A DNA stretch of 61,348 nucleotides from a virus (taxonomy: Duplodnaviria > Caudoviricetes): IMG/VR virus record IMGVR_UViG_3300033141_003975, positions 1-61,348 of that record; one strand, given 5' to 3'. The translations under genes were made by a program, and so were the position numbers. The notes under the pieces are model-generated. The model saw nothing but the letters and a program-made list of their open reading frames with translations. It did not search any database and was not told the origin of the DNA. Positions within the stretch are counted from its first letter, which is position 1; the number at the start of each line of letters is the position of its first letter. Of this stretch, positions 37,769 through 47,479 are shown piece after piece.

Positions 37769-37797
37769 TTGACAGAAGAGCTCAAGAGACATTATAT
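37769..37797 (+). promoter_or_regulatory. candidate sigma70 early promoter
   Basis: TTGACA-17-TTATAT upstream of the first plus-strand gene. Confidence 0.45.
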
Positions 37798-37899
37798 GGG
37801 AAAACTGCCGGAGACTATTGCCGCCGACGAAAAACTAATATATACTCTCAGTAGCCTACGGGCACAATCTCAAATACAGGATAAGAAGGGAGAACCACC

Positions 37900-38127
37900 A
37901 TGAATCGCAGAGGAAAGATCAGCGGAGAAGACTACGAGAGACTACGAGGCATCAGGGAAGACATTGATATTCATATTGAATTAAATGGTTGTTTGCCGCC
38001 TATGGGGAAATATACAGAAGACAACCCGTTGACTTGCGTTGTTCTGGCAAACCGCAAGCTCACTTTCAAAGGTCCTGATTATTTTGGCGCTTTACGTTTG
38101 TTCGATCTTGCGAAAGAATTAGCTTAA
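37900..38127 (+). CDS. hypothetical early protein
   Basis: AAGGGAG RBS, 75 aa. Confidence 0.7.
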   Translation: MNRRGKISGEDYERLRGIREDIDIHIELNGCLPPMGKYTEDNPLTCVVLANRKLTFKGPDYFGALRLFDLAKELA

Positions 38128-38156
38128 AACAAAAACAAAAGAAAGAAGGTGATGAT

Positions 38157-38294
38157 ATGAGATTATTCCAAGTGAGGAAACTCGGTATCGAAGGAAATAT
38201 ATACTTCTTTTCTTCATATCGAGAAGCTGTGGAGTACGGCATCAGGGTTTTGGGTTGTCCCTTTGCCGTCGAAGAATTAAAGATTAAGGAATAG
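38157..38294 (+). CDS. hypothetical 45-aa protein (not in ORF track)
   Basis: AAGGTGA RBS; MRLFQVRKLGIEGNIYFFSSYREAVEYG. Confidence 0.6.
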   Translation: MRLFQVRKLGIEGNIYFFSSYREAVEYGIRVLGCPFAVEELKIKE

Positions 38295-38300
38295 GGTCAG

Positions 38301-38333
38301 AGGCCGTGATTAAATTCACGGCCTTAATTTTTT
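38301..38333 (+). terminator. intrinsic terminator-like hairpin
   Basis: AGGCCGTGA-ttaaat-TCACGGCCT followed by a T-rich tail. Confidence 0.65.
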
Positions 38334-38352
38334 ACAGAAGGGAGTGATAAAT

Positions 38353-38550
38353 ATGAGGATTACAACAAAGAAGGAACTGCGGCGATATTTCTTTGAGACA
38401 CACCCTGAAGTCTCAAAGAAAAGAGTAAAGCTAGCTGAAGGTCATATCGAATATGTTTGTGACACTCGACTGGCTTTCAGTAACTTCGTAGACCAACTCT
38501 ACGAAGACGGGATTATTACGGAAGAGCTAGCCAAAATTGCTAGCCTTTAA
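38353..38550 (+). CDS. hypothetical protein
   Basis: GGGAGTGA RBS; 65 aa. Confidence 0.7.
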   Translation: MRITTKKELRRYFFETHPEVSKKRVKLAEGHIEYVCDTRLAFSNFVDQLYEDGIITEELAKIASL

Positions 38551-38574
38551 TTTATAGGAAAAGGAGAAGGAATT

Positions 38575-39786
38575 ATGAGCAGCTTCACTTGTGCCGGTTG
38601 TGAGCAAGAGTTTGAAGGTCTCTCCGCAGAAATGTTGGAAAACAGATACGGGGAGTATTTTTATTTCTGCGCAGAGTGCGCAGGCAAGTTCTCTATATGC
38701 TATGAGTGTGGGGAGCCGAATAAAGAAGTTTTTGAAATTGACGACATTGTAATGTGTCGGAATTGCAGATCGGAATACTGTATCAGGTGTTCCGATTGTG
38801 GCACTTGGGTATATTCGGAGACCAGCTACTGTGTGGGAGACAATAGATTGGTCTGTGCGGAGTGTTTTGAGGATTATTATTATTGTGAGGGTTGCGGGGA
38901 GTACGTGCCTGAAGATCACGTATGTCCTTATGTTTCGATCCACAATTATAATGCGAAATTTTGGGATATATTTCCAAATTTCGCAGCTGCGAATAATGGT
39001 CCGTTATTCGGAATGGAATTCGAGCTCGAAGTTAATTCCGAATATAAGGATGAAGCAGCAGTTGACTTCTGTGATCTATTCAAAGTCCCGTGTTTCGCCA
39101 AAGAGGATGGGAGTTTGGGCAGTGGCGGAATTGAAATAAATTTCGCACCTTTATCATTTCAAGAAGTCGAAGAGAAATTACTTTCAGTTTTTGAGTCTGA
39201 AAGTATGAATGAGTGGGTGAGTGATTATTCTGCGACTTCTTGGGATAACGGCAGGTGTGGGATACATATCCACGTATCCCGTGACCAGCTGGATGAGAGT
39301 GACATTACTCTCATCCAAAGCATAATTTTCTCTGAATATAATTATGAATATATTCGGAGATTATCAGGACGCGATAGCGGGTACGGGTATATTCGTAGTG
39401 GACGTCCAACAACTTATTTTGGAGAATTCGCGAACACGTACGGAGACGTGTCGCAAGAGTTTGTTCAGAAATATCTGGATAAATTCTCAAGGGTATTATG
39501 TACTTGGCTGAGTCCGACAGCGATTCATGATAGGTACGAAGGCGTGAACCTGATACCGCGAAATACAATTGAGTTCCGTTTATTTCGTGGTACCTTTTAC
39601 ACGAAAAGGGTCAGAGCGTATTTCCAGTTTTTACGTACTCTGATTGAGTATGTAAAAGGGTTTTCCGGTTTCGGGCGGAGTATTGGCGAATACGCTGATG
39701 CTTTCGAGATAGCTAAAATTGAGAATATCCGAGATAAAGCTAATCAGCTTGGTTTCTCGGAAGTCACAGACTTTATTTCAGAGTGA
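38575..39786 (+). CDS. putative amidoligase (COOH-NH2 ligase) with N-terminal CxxC repeats
   Basis: FGMEFELE, KEDGSL, GIEI, CGIHIHVS, RYEGVN, TIEFRLFRGT; seven CxxC motifs at the N-terminus. Confidence 0.85.
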   Translation: MSSFTCAGCEQEFEGLSAEMLENRYGEYFYFCAECAGKFSICYECGEPNKEVFEIDDIVMCRNCRSEYCIRCSDCGTWVYSETSYCVGDNRLVCAECFEDYYYCEGCGEYVPEDHVCPYVSIHNYNAKFWDIFPNFAAANNGPLFGMEFELEVNSEYKDEAAVDFCDLFKVPCFAKEDGSLGSGGIEINFAPLSFQEVEEKLLSVFESESMNEWVSDYSATSWDNGRCGIHIHVSRDQLDESDITLIQSIIFSEYNYEYIRRLSGRDSGYGYIRSGRPTTYFGEFANTYGDVSQEFVQKYLDKFSRVLCTWLSPTAIHDRYEGVNLIPRNTIEFRLFRGTFYTKRVRAYFQFLRTLIEYVKGFSGFGRSIGEYADAFEIAKIENIRDKANQLGFSEVTDFISE

Positions 39787-39801
39787 AAAGGAGAAGAGAC
39801 T

Positions 39802-40515
39802 ATGTGTGTGATAATCGTGTTAGAGCCTCATGTCGAATTTTCGAGTAATTATATCCAGCAGTGTGCGCTGGATAATCCACATGGAGTCGGAATTTTAATC
39901 GAGAACGGAAAGAAGGCTGTGGTCCGAAAGAATTTAGACTCGGATTCACGCTGGGCACAGGAAGTACTTGAGCGGCACCAGGATAAGAGAAGAATTATCC
40001 ACTTCCGCCTGAGTACCGGCGGAGAGTTATGCCGAAAGAATATCCATCCCTTCAGTATTGGGGATCAGATATTCTTATTTCATAATGGGGTAATTCCAGT
40101 TTCGGAATTACCGGTAAAGAAGGACGCAAGCGGAAGCGATACCTATAATTTATGTCGTTACACGCTCAAGCCAATTCTGAAATATCATTCCTTGGACTCT
40201 CCATTAGTCCAGGGCCTAATCCGCGTACTCACTTCCGGTTCGCGGATATTGATTTGGGAGAAGGGTAATTTGCATTATTTTGGAAATTGGGAACTCTTTG
40301 ACAAACGTATTCCCGTTTCCAACTTAAACTTCCTATGGAATAATTTATTCCCTAGGAAGCATGGAAAGAAAGTGAGGAATTTATGCGGTATGGAGTGTGA
40401 ATTATGTGGGGATGAACACAATACCTTGATTCAATGGGATTCAGGATATGGTTTTATGCAAGTATGCTCGGATTGCTTTGATTACTTAGAGCATACGGAA
40501 AGGAGGAAGTCATGA
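39802..40515 (+). CDS. class II (Ntn) glutamine amidotransferase with C-terminal Zn ribbon
   Basis: N-terminal MC, NPHGVG, HFRLSTGG, HPF, FHNGVI, SDT. Confidence 0.88.
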   Translation: MCVIIVLEPHVEFSSNYIQQCALDNPHGVGILIENGKKAVVRKNLDSDSRWAQEVLERHQDKRRIIHFRLSTGGELCRKNIHPFSIGDQIFLFHNGVIPVSELPVKKDASGSDTYNLCRYTLKPILKYHSLDSPLVQGLIRVLTSGSRILIWEKGNLHYFGNWELFDKRIPVSNLNFLWNNLFPRKHGKKVRNLCGMECELCGDEHNTLIQWDSGYGFMQVCSDCFDYLEHTERRKS

Positions 40516-40751
40516 AGAAATACGAACGCGGTTGTTCAGCTATATTGTGTGGGATAATTGGCTTTATTGGTGGCCAGTTTTTTGGCACAGTATTAGGGAT
40601 AGTAGCTTCGAGCTGGATAGGGATTGATATTGCTGATTCAGCTTGTGTGATTATTGGCGTAGTAGCGGCAATTTATTTCTTCTTTGCCGCTCTGCTCTCG
40701 AAGGATGAAGAGGATGAGATTAAGCGGATTATCCGCAGAGATAAATTTTGA
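40512..40751 (+). CDS. small membrane protein
   Basis: Two hydrophobic helices; AGGAGG RBS. Confidence 0.65.
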   Translation: MKKYERGCSAILCGIIGFIGGQFFGTVLGIVASSWIGIDIADSACVIIGVVAAIYFFFAALLSKDEEDEIKRIIRRDKF

Positions 40752-40789
40752 ATATAAGGAATTCCTTATATTCAGAAGGGAGAAAGCGT

Positions 40790-41176
40790 ATGAGCGAATT
40801 ACGGAACTGGATTGAGGAACGGAATAAGGACTTCGACGAAGCCTTATTTCAAAAAGTGGAGAAGGCTATCGCTGGTCACAGCGTAAGCTTGCGCAAGTGG
40901 CTAAAAACCGAAGGCGTTGAGTTTTCGGATGAAGTCGAAGCCACATTAAAAGCTATGGGATATCTGGCAAAGATATCCTATTTGGAAATTTGCGCTATCC
41001 GTGACGAAAGCGCAAATTGGGATAGCTATTATTGCGACATAATAGCTGAATATCTGAACGTGGGAGAGACTTACGAACCTACAGTGATATACGATGTAGA
41101 GGAGTGTGAGTACTTAATTTCGAGCGTAGGCGACTACGTTGAAAACTACCAAATTGAGAAGGGAGAATTATTATGA
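40790..41176 (+). CDS. hypothetical protein
   Basis: AAGGGAG RBS; YLNVGETYEPTVIYD. Confidence 0.7.
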   Translation: MSELRNWIEERNKDFDEALFQKVEKAIAGHSVSLRKWLKTEGVEFSDEVEATLKAMGYLAKISYLEICAIRDESANWDSYYCDIIAEYLNVGETYEPTVIYDVEECEYLISSVGDYVENYQIEKGELL

Positions 41177-41631
41177 AAACGTATGACGTAGTGAGGCTGG
41201 ACAAAGACGGACTGGAAGAGCTTGTCTCTTCCTGGACTAACCGAGAGACTGCGGAATTAGAAGTCGAAGAATTGAATATCGAAGATAAAGGCTACGGCTT
41301 TCGGTATTTTGTCCGCAGCCGCGAATTGCCGGAAATTAAAGGTCTGGCTACGACAGTCAAACCAGTTTCCTGGTACAAGTTTTTAGGGTTATTTCCGGCA
41401 CAAACCGCCGAATTGATCGAGCGAAATACCTCAAGACTCAACGCTTCACACGCAGTCTGTTTTGAGGTATTGGATATGTCTTCTAGTTTATTCGGGGAGC
41501 GTTCTTGTTTATTTGTGGGTTCTCATGAAAAGGGGTTCGGCTGTACGCTGGATGAGGCCTGTACCGGCAGACTTGGTGACGTTCCAAGCCAGTTTGCGTA
41601 CCCCGTCTACTATTCGGAGATAATCCTGTAG
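41173..41631 (+). CDS. hypothetical protein
   Basis: ATGA-coupled, RBS present. Confidence 0.7.
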   Translation: MKTYDVVRLDKDGLEELVSSWTNRETAELEVEELNIEDKGYGFRYFVRSRELPEIKGLATTVKPVSWYKFLGLFPAQTAELIERNTSRLNASHAVCFEVLDMSSSLFGERSCLFVGSHEKGFGCTLDEACTGRLGDVPSQFAYPVYYSEIIL

Positions 41632-41657
41632 TCGCTCGCTCTAAGTCAATCCGCTTG

Positions 41658-41689
41658 CCCCAAAGGTTCTCTCTTTGGGGTTTTCTTTT
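41658..41689 (+). terminator. intrinsic terminator
   Basis: CCCCAAAG-N7-CTTTGGGG followed by TTTTCTTTT. Confidence 0.8.
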
Positions 41690-42606
41690 GCCTCAATCTC
41701 GAAGAGTATCCTTATTTGCCCAATAAGCTCGCTTTCGTCAGAAAGCCTCTACTTTCGCTCTCAGTGAGTTTTTTGGCTTCAAGCCAATCTTCCCTACCGC
41801 TCTGATCCAAAGTCTTCGTCACGCGCGTTTATGGCCACTTTCCGGCGAAAGCTTACTTCTTTGATAAAGAAAGTAACCTACGGGATTCAGTAGAGGATAA
41901 GAGTGAGATATTCTCCTTTATATGTATTCTTTAGTAGTAGTGGTTGAGTATCAGTGTATGATTCAATCACTTCCGTTCTTGCTCAATCCCACTTTCGTCC
42001 TTTATTCCCAAGGTGTTTGTCAGTGTGGTGCAAAAGCCGTGATTCAAGCGGGTCTGAAAGCCTGGTTTTATGCTGTATTTCGCATTGATATTCGCTCAAA
42101 GTTAGCTATAGCTACAGACACTAACTCACTGATATTATTAAGCTTAGGTACTGTGCTAGCCACAACTGGTGGAAGTGCATGACTTGCGACATATCTAAAC
42201 TCCGGCAGTAATTCAGGCAGTAATTATTTAGTGAAAGCGGAATATCAGTATGGGTATTTGTTTGAGAAATTGACTTCACACAAACAGAGAATATCCTTTA
42301 TTCTCAATGGTTCTCACACTCTCACTGGTATTCAATAATAGGGAGTTTCAAAGTCAAGTCTATATCCTGAATCCGTCACAGTGTGAGGTAGTTTCTGTTC
42401 CAATTTCTGCTTTAATTTGCTGAAGCCAAGGCTTAATACTATCCTTATATAAGTATTCTATTATATAATAGAGTACTTGAGCTGCTAATTCTTACGGACT
42501 TTACCTGCTGGCGTTAGGTTCTGGAATTGTAAAAAATTGTAAAATTTTCGCTACTCATAGTCTGTCAGCCCCTGATACCCCAACTCCGCAAAGCTACCCT
42601 CACACT

Positions 42607-42855
42607 TGCATTACTTCAGTTGGTGAAGTGTCAGTCTCTCACTTTCCGATGCAATAGAATCGGTTGCAGACCCCGTGTGCAGTCTCATGAGAAGGTGCAA
42701 TCGGGGTGGTGCAGTGCAACTGCATTGCACACAAAGGGGGGCAAAAGTGCAATTTCGGCGGTGCATTGCACCCCTGCACCCGAGGGGGGGTCCCCCCCAT
42801 CCCCAGGGGGTCTATCCGAAACCGGGTCGCCCAGCAAACTTTTTTCGCGCGAAAC
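42607..42855. other. TGCA-repeat cluster and G/C tracts (candidate packaging site or origin)
   Basis: 13 TGCA in 42607-42778, then GGGGGGGTCCCCCCC, CCCCAGGGGG and TTTCGCGCGAAA. Confidence 0.45.
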
Positions 42856-42973
42856 GTTGTGGCCCTCCAATCAATTTGTAACATTTTGTTACAAAACCCG
42901 TTACACTTCGCCACATTTTGTTACATTACCAATCTGGTCAAGATTTATCTTCAAAAAAATTCGTCAATAGCTA

Positions 42974-43002
42974 TTGACAAGGGTGTTGCCGTGAGTTAAA
43001 CT
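42974..43002 (+). promoter_or_regulatory. sigma70-type promoter with a palindrome over the -35 box
   Basis: TTGACA-17-TAAACT; GTCAATAGCTATTGAC at 42963-42978. Confidence 0.7.
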
Positions 43003-43063
43003 CCGAATGTAGGTGAAGGGAGAACCCAAACAAATTACCCTCCCACCAAAGGAGACAGCTATT

Positions 43064-43636
43064 ATGGAGCACATAATCACCCGCGACAGTAAGTTCAAAT
43101 GGGGTCAGTGGCTGGAGTTTGAGAGTGAGCACTCCAGGTACTCCCTCGGGTATCACCAAATCCTCTGGAGGGGCGAGCTCCTTCATTGTGGCTGGAACTG
43201 GGGAGATCTGAGCGAGGAAGAGACGAAGAAGGCAATCCTCGAAGCCCGAGAGGCTTACGGGGATATCGTGAAGCCCTACACGCGCGAGTGTATGGAGACT
43301 GACAAATACGCACCCGTGAAGCTCCCCGACCATCGCGGCGAGGAGAATTATATTGACTGCTACTTCCTTCCTGTAGGAGCAGTCAAAGAGATTGTAATTT
43401 CCAATTATGCTCGCTGCCACCTTGACCGGTCCAGCGCGACAGCTCTCTGGGCCTCCCACCCTCCTTACATCCTGGATATAAGTGATGATTGTTTTCGTGG
43501 TCATGGTCGTATGACTGCGAGGGTGCAGATTCTGGAAGAGCAAGCATTGTACAACTATGTACAGGATTCAGCTGGGTGTATTGAGAGGCGGGCGCTGTAT
43601 TTGGCAATCCCTTCCTGGGTGAATCATAATGTATAG
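43064..43636 (+). CDS. hypothetical protein, paralog family A
   Basis: AAGGAG RBS before ATG 43064; LWASHPPYIL..QALYNYV shared with 46670 and 50719. Confidence 0.75.
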   Translation: MEHIITRDSKFKWGQWLEFESEHSRYSLGYHQILWRGELLHCGWNWGDLSEEETKKAILEAREAYGDIVKPYTRECMETDKYAPVKLPDHRGEENYIDCYFLPVGAVKEIVISNYARCHLDRSSATALWASHPPYILDISDDCFRGHGRMTARVQILEEQALYNYVQDSAGCIERRALYLAIPSWVNHNV

Positions 43637-43829
43637 ACGATACGATATCTACAAAAAACCCAATGGGCTAATTCTTACTCACCCGCGCCCTGACGATGAC
43701 TGGAGACTCGACGTGAGGGAAGTCCGAGCCTTCGAGTCGAAATATGATTGCTCATGGGTCTGTGTGATAGATGCCCCGACAGCTGCTGAGGCTGTTTGGA
43801 AATACAGACAGATAGGAGAACCACAATGA
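43629..43829 (+). CDS. hypothetical protein, paralog family B
   Basis: YDIYK..PRPDDDWRL shared with 47762. Confidence 0.7.
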   Translation: MYRRYDIYKKPNGLILTHPRPDDDWRLDVREVRAFESKYDCSWVCVIDAPTAAEAVWKYRQIGEPQ

Positions 43830-44485
43830 ACATCAAGGTATGGACGGTAATAAGCCCAGAGGACGACTTGGCCACAACGAAACTGTGGCACAAAGTTGAG
43901 CAGAACGGTTGTGTCGTAGAGGATCAAATCCCTAGAACTCAAATGCGCTACTCGCCTCGGATATACGAGTGCGAGTACACAGCCGGTTCGGGCCTTCTTC
44001 CGATTTTATTTAGGGATCTCATTAGGGACAAAATGTCCCTTGATCCCTATGAGAGGATTCTCGGAATTCGCATGTATTCCGATTTGAGGAAGATCCTCTA
44101 TTTGGAACAAGAAGAGACGGTGCGGGTTTATGGCCCAGTCCGTGATATAGATCCGGCGGGGGCACAAAACCTGGCAGAAGATCCCACCTTTCCAAATGGG
44201 ATCTATATTCACGGTAAGGAATCCTCTGGGGATCGACCCTTCGATCTCCCCCATACGGTAGTTGGCCTGGACTATGACATAGTTCCAGACGCCGACTACA
44301 CCGTCGTACCTCTCCTCTCCCCTTGGTTTTATCGCCGATATGGCGAATGGACTCTCATGAAGAAAGAGGAAATTACCTCTCTTGTAGCACTCAATAACGA
44401 ACCCGAGTGCCATAGGGATTTCCAGTGGTATTTGCGAACTACACTGATGCCCGTGAGTGCCTGTAGAGATCTTCAGACCACCTAA
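43826..44485 (+). CDS. hypothetical protein, paralog family C
   Basis: PRIYECE..DPYERILGIRMYSDLRK shared with 44499. Confidence 0.8.
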   Translation: MNIKVWTVISPEDDLATTKLWHKVEQNGCVVEDQIPRTQMRYSPRIYECEYTAGSGLLPILFRDLIRDKMSLDPYERILGIRMYSDLRKILYLEQEETVRVYGPVRDIDPAGAQNLAEDPTFPNGIYIHGKESSGDRPFDLPHTVVGLDYDIVPDADYTVVPLLSPWFYRRYGEWTLMKKEEITSLVALNNEPECHRDFQWYLRTTLMPVSACRDLQTT

Positions 44486-44498
44486 TCTGAGAAAGGAA

Positions 44499-45392
44499 AT
44501 GATGATGAAAATCCAAGTAGAGACTTATGTTGAACCTAAGAGTAGCGAGTATCGGTACTGGGTGTGTGCCACTGATATGTGGCACAAAATCACACGGGAT
44601 GGGGAAGTCGTGGTGGACCAAACTGTCGAGACCGGAAATAGATTTCTCGACGTGACAAAACGCAAGTTCCCGCCTCGCATCTACGAATGCGAGTGTGAGG
44701 AACAGGATCTGCTCAAAGTTCTTTTCAAAGATTTAATCGGCAGTAAAGAAGATCTTGATGACCCGTATGAGCGAATCATCGGGATCAGGATGTATTCCGA
44801 GTTAAGGAAACTCCTTAACCTGGAACATCAGGAGGTAGTCAAGATCTTCGGATACTACGACTCGTGGTGCCTGAACGATTGGGTTCCTCCACATTCCCCA
44901 CCCGGGATTTATATTCATTCCAGTTGTCCTTCCCGGGTCCGGTATTTCGATCTTGTCCATGCGATCAAAGGATTACGGTACGAGATCGTACCCGACCCTT
45001 TGTACGACGGGGAAGTCACAATCGCCCCGTTACTTGCCCCATGGTTCCAATATAAGAAATGCAGGTGGGTATTACTAACCCAGAACGAGATCGCGAAGCT
45101 TGTGGCCCGCAACTACGGGCCGGACTATCCGACGAAAAGAATCCTCTGGAAACTCAGGGCGATCATGACGCCGGAGTCAGTCTACTCGGAGATTCTGCGA
45201 GGCCCTGGGGCTATTAAAGAAGAGTTACGTCGGATCAATTCCGACATCGAACTCTATGAAGCTGATAATGGTCAGCTCTATCTAGAGGAAGGGCCCTATT
45301 TCAAAGACCTGAGTCCGAATGCCATCGACAATCTGCGCCGGTTGTCGCCTGGCGCAGAAAATAAAGAGATCAGGGAAGCCTTGCTTTCTTGA
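44499..45392 (+). CDS. hypothetical protein, paralog family C
   Basis: PRIYECE..DPYERIIGIRMYSELRK. Confidence 0.8.
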   Translation: MMMKIQVETYVEPKSSEYRYWVCATDMWHKITRDGEVVVDQTVETGNRFLDVTKRKFPPRIYECECEEQDLLKVLFKDLIGSKEDLDDPYERIIGIRMYSELRKLLNLEHQEVVKIFGYYDSWCLNDWVPPHSPPGIYIHSSCPSRVRYFDLVHAIKGLRYEIVPDPLYDGEVTIAPLLAPWFQYKKCRWVLLTQNEIAKLVARNYGPDYPTKRILWKLRAIMTPESVYSEILRGPGAIKEELRRINSDIELYEADNGQLYLEEGPYFKDLSPNAIDNLRRLSPGAENKEIREALLS

Positions 45393-45403
45393 GAATAATC
45401 CAA

Positions 45404-45429
45404 CGGCGAGCCGGAGCCGAACAATCCGG
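45404..45429 (+). promoter_or_regulatory. H-type pseudoknot-like leader, copy 1
   Basis: CGGC/GCCG and CCGGA/TCCGG, then AGGAG. Confidence 0.55.
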
Positions 45430-45440
45430 TAGGAGACATT

Positions 45441-45986
45441 ATGAGTTACTATCGAGCCACAGCAAGCGAAGACGGAGTAATCTTCGAGTACGCCCTTCCA
45501 GATGGAAGAGGCTGGAGAAAGAGTGATGTCCTCGCTGATGTCACTCTTGAAAAACTCGAAAATTTCATCGAGGGCCGCCTCCCAAACAGAGGACTTCCAG
45601 AACCACTAATCCGCCAATCCGCAGACTGGTGGATTCGCATCGAAGGTACAAGATGCCGAATCTACCTCCAGCAAGAGGATGCTCGCGGCGGTCGGGCATA
45701 CTACGCCAGACCGTCAGAGATCTCATCTGAGGTCGTCAAAGATATTCTTCGGGCTATTGCAAACGATATTGATCTCGACTTCCAAGATTCGGAAGTCAAG
45801 GAAGACGATGTCGCCTGTTTCAGTATAGGGGATAAAGCGGAATTGATCGCGGACCTCATCCGCGAGGAGACCCGTGGACTTTACGAGGTTTCAACTGACA
45901 GAGGCCTCGTAAAGATCACTCCAGCGGAAAATCATGAAGAGTTCTTCGCTGGATTTATCGCCGGAGTGCGACGAATGCTCCAATAG
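45441..45986 (+). CDS. hypothetical protein, paralog family D
   Basis: G.GW..; GDKAELIADLIR..EVSTDRGLV..FFAGFIAG shared with 51192. Confidence 0.78.
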   Translation: MSYYRATASEDGVIFEYALPDGRGWRKSDVLADVTLEKLENFIEGRLPNRGLPEPLIRQSADWWIRIEGTRCRIYLQQEDARGGRAYYARPSEISSEVVKDILRAIANDIDLDFQDSEVKEDDVACFSIGDKAELIADLIREETRGLYEVSTDRGLVKITPAENHEEFFAGFIAGVRRMLQ

Positions 45987-46034
45987 GTTCCCATCACTTC
46001 CCTGAGCCGCATGATGCTCAGGCAGTGAATCCAA

Positions 46035-46058
46035 AGGCAGACCGAAGCCTGAATTCGG
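46035..46058 (+). promoter_or_regulatory. H-type pseudoknot-like leader, copy 2
   Basis: AGGC/GCCT and CCGAA/TTCGG, then AAGGA. Confidence 0.55.
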
Positions 46059-46070
46059 CAAGGAAATAAA

Positions 46071-46673
46071 ATGGACATGGTAGCCCATTTCAGAAAGAAA
46101 CTGGAGCAGGAAGTCCTGCTCCGTGTATACTCAAGCCCCGTGTCGCCAAAGGGTGATATCATTTGGGGTACTGCTTCATATCCCAAATACTTCAACGATG
46201 ATATTGCTATTGTTTCCAAAGGCGTGTGTAAGGGCTATGTGACACCCATAGCACGCAGCGGCCATCCTGCTGATGGCGACTTTATCTTGCATGGGGAGAT
46301 TTTTGGACCAGAGGAAAATGTCTCATTCCTCGATGCTTACTTGGCCATTGAGAGACAGGTCCTCTGCAAGGAAAACATCGAGGCGGCTCGCAACGACTTC
46401 CTTACACGGAATTACTACAAAGAGGATTTGGATGATTTGGTCTATAACCTTGTAGATGAGAGTGACCTCGACATTGAGATCGTCTGGGGGAATGAAAAAA
46501 CAACACAGCTTCAATCCCTCTTGCGCCATGCAGCACAATATGGGTTCTACTGGGGGCCCCAGACCACTGCGCAAGTGCGGAAGGATGGGAAGTTGTTTTT
46601 TGGCGGCTTCAAGACAAGAAGCCCCGGGCAGTTATTCAGCCTCATTGTGATGGCTATCCTGGAGGGAGAGTGA
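46071..46673 (+). CDS. hypothetical protein (C-terminus resembles 48642, family E)
   Basis: DLDIEIVW...LIVMAIL. Confidence 0.72.
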   Translation: MDMVAHFRKKLEQEVLLRVYSSPVSPKGDIIWGTASYPKYFNDDIAIVSKGVCKGYVTPIARSGHPADGDFILHGEIFGPEENVSFLDAYLAIERQVLCKENIEAARNDFLTRNYYKEDLDDLVYNLVDESDLDIEIVWGNEKTTQLQSLLRHAAQYGFYWGPQTTAQVRKDGKLFFGGFKTRSPGQLFSLIVMAILEGE

Positions 46674-47467
46674 TGGCTACCACAACCCGCATCAAAAAAG
46701 ATGCTTCTTGGCTTTTCTTTGAAAGCAACGGGGCCAAACACCCGCTCGGGTACTATCAATTATTGTGCCAAAGTGGATTATTCTACACCCCCAAATCCCT
46801 CAGCTCCCTTCCCGAGGAGGAGCTTGTTCAGGTCCTGGACAGCATCGACTTCTCTCGCCTCACCCCACCCGACGTGAATGAAGCCTTGGCTACCGGCGAC
46901 GCCTTGATAGGGAAGGCGGCGTTTCATCTTGACTTAACAAAGAGCGAAAATGCCGTCTACACCATCTGCCATCCTGGGGACGTCGTCGAGATCCCCCTGG
47001 CCCAACACCCGGGCATGACGACGACCCTCTGGGCAGGCTGCCCCCCATTCATTCTGAAAGTGAAGAATGTGAGTTCTCCTAGCTGCTGGAATGACACAGC
47101 AATAGTCAGGATGTCTCCCAAACAGGCCCTCTATGCTTATGTTCGCGAGGCATCTGGCATTTGCAAACGATATCAAATGCTCCTCACTCTGCCTCAAAGC
47201 GAAGAATGCACACTCGTGTGTGGGTTTGAGAATGGGCGCTCGTGGGCATTCGCGCAGGGTTGGAGTGAAGGCTACACCGACGGTGGGGGCCGTCTTCACT
47301 ACGGGGAGATGCCTTCGCAGAGTGCACAATGCTTCCCTTGTGCTTACACGCAAGCAAACAGACAGATCCTTGACGAGCTATGGGCAATAGAGCCATTCGA
47401 CATCAGCCCTTCCCCATGCCGTCAAGAAGGAGTGCAGTTCGTGCACTTCTATAATCGAATACCTTGA
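46670..47467 (+). CDS. hypothetical protein, paralog family A
   Basis: WLFFES..LGYYQL; LWAGCPPFIL; QALYAYV. Confidence 0.78.
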   Translation: MMATTTRIKKDASWLFFESNGAKHPLGYYQLLCQSGLFYTPKSLSSLPEEELVQVLDSIDFSRLTPPDVNEALATGDALIGKAAFHLDLTKSENAVYTICHPGDVVEIPLAQHPGMTTTLWAGCPPFILKVKNVSSPSCWNDTAIVRMSPKQALYAYVREASGICKRYQMLLTLPQSEECTLVCGFENGRSWAFAQGWSEGYTDGGGRLHYGEMPSQSAQCFPCAYTQANRQILDELWAIEPFDISPSPCRQEGVQFVHFYNRIP

Positions 47468-47479
47468 AAGGAGTTAGCC

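Noticed and set aside
37354-37792. Short ORFs between terL and the early genes as the missing terS
   Set aside because: No TerS features or clear RBS; a better candidate lies at 26470-26898.
41922-42999. ORFs 41922..42182 and 42620..42999
   Set aside because: No RBS, atypical composition, and they run through repeats and palindromes; probably non-coding.
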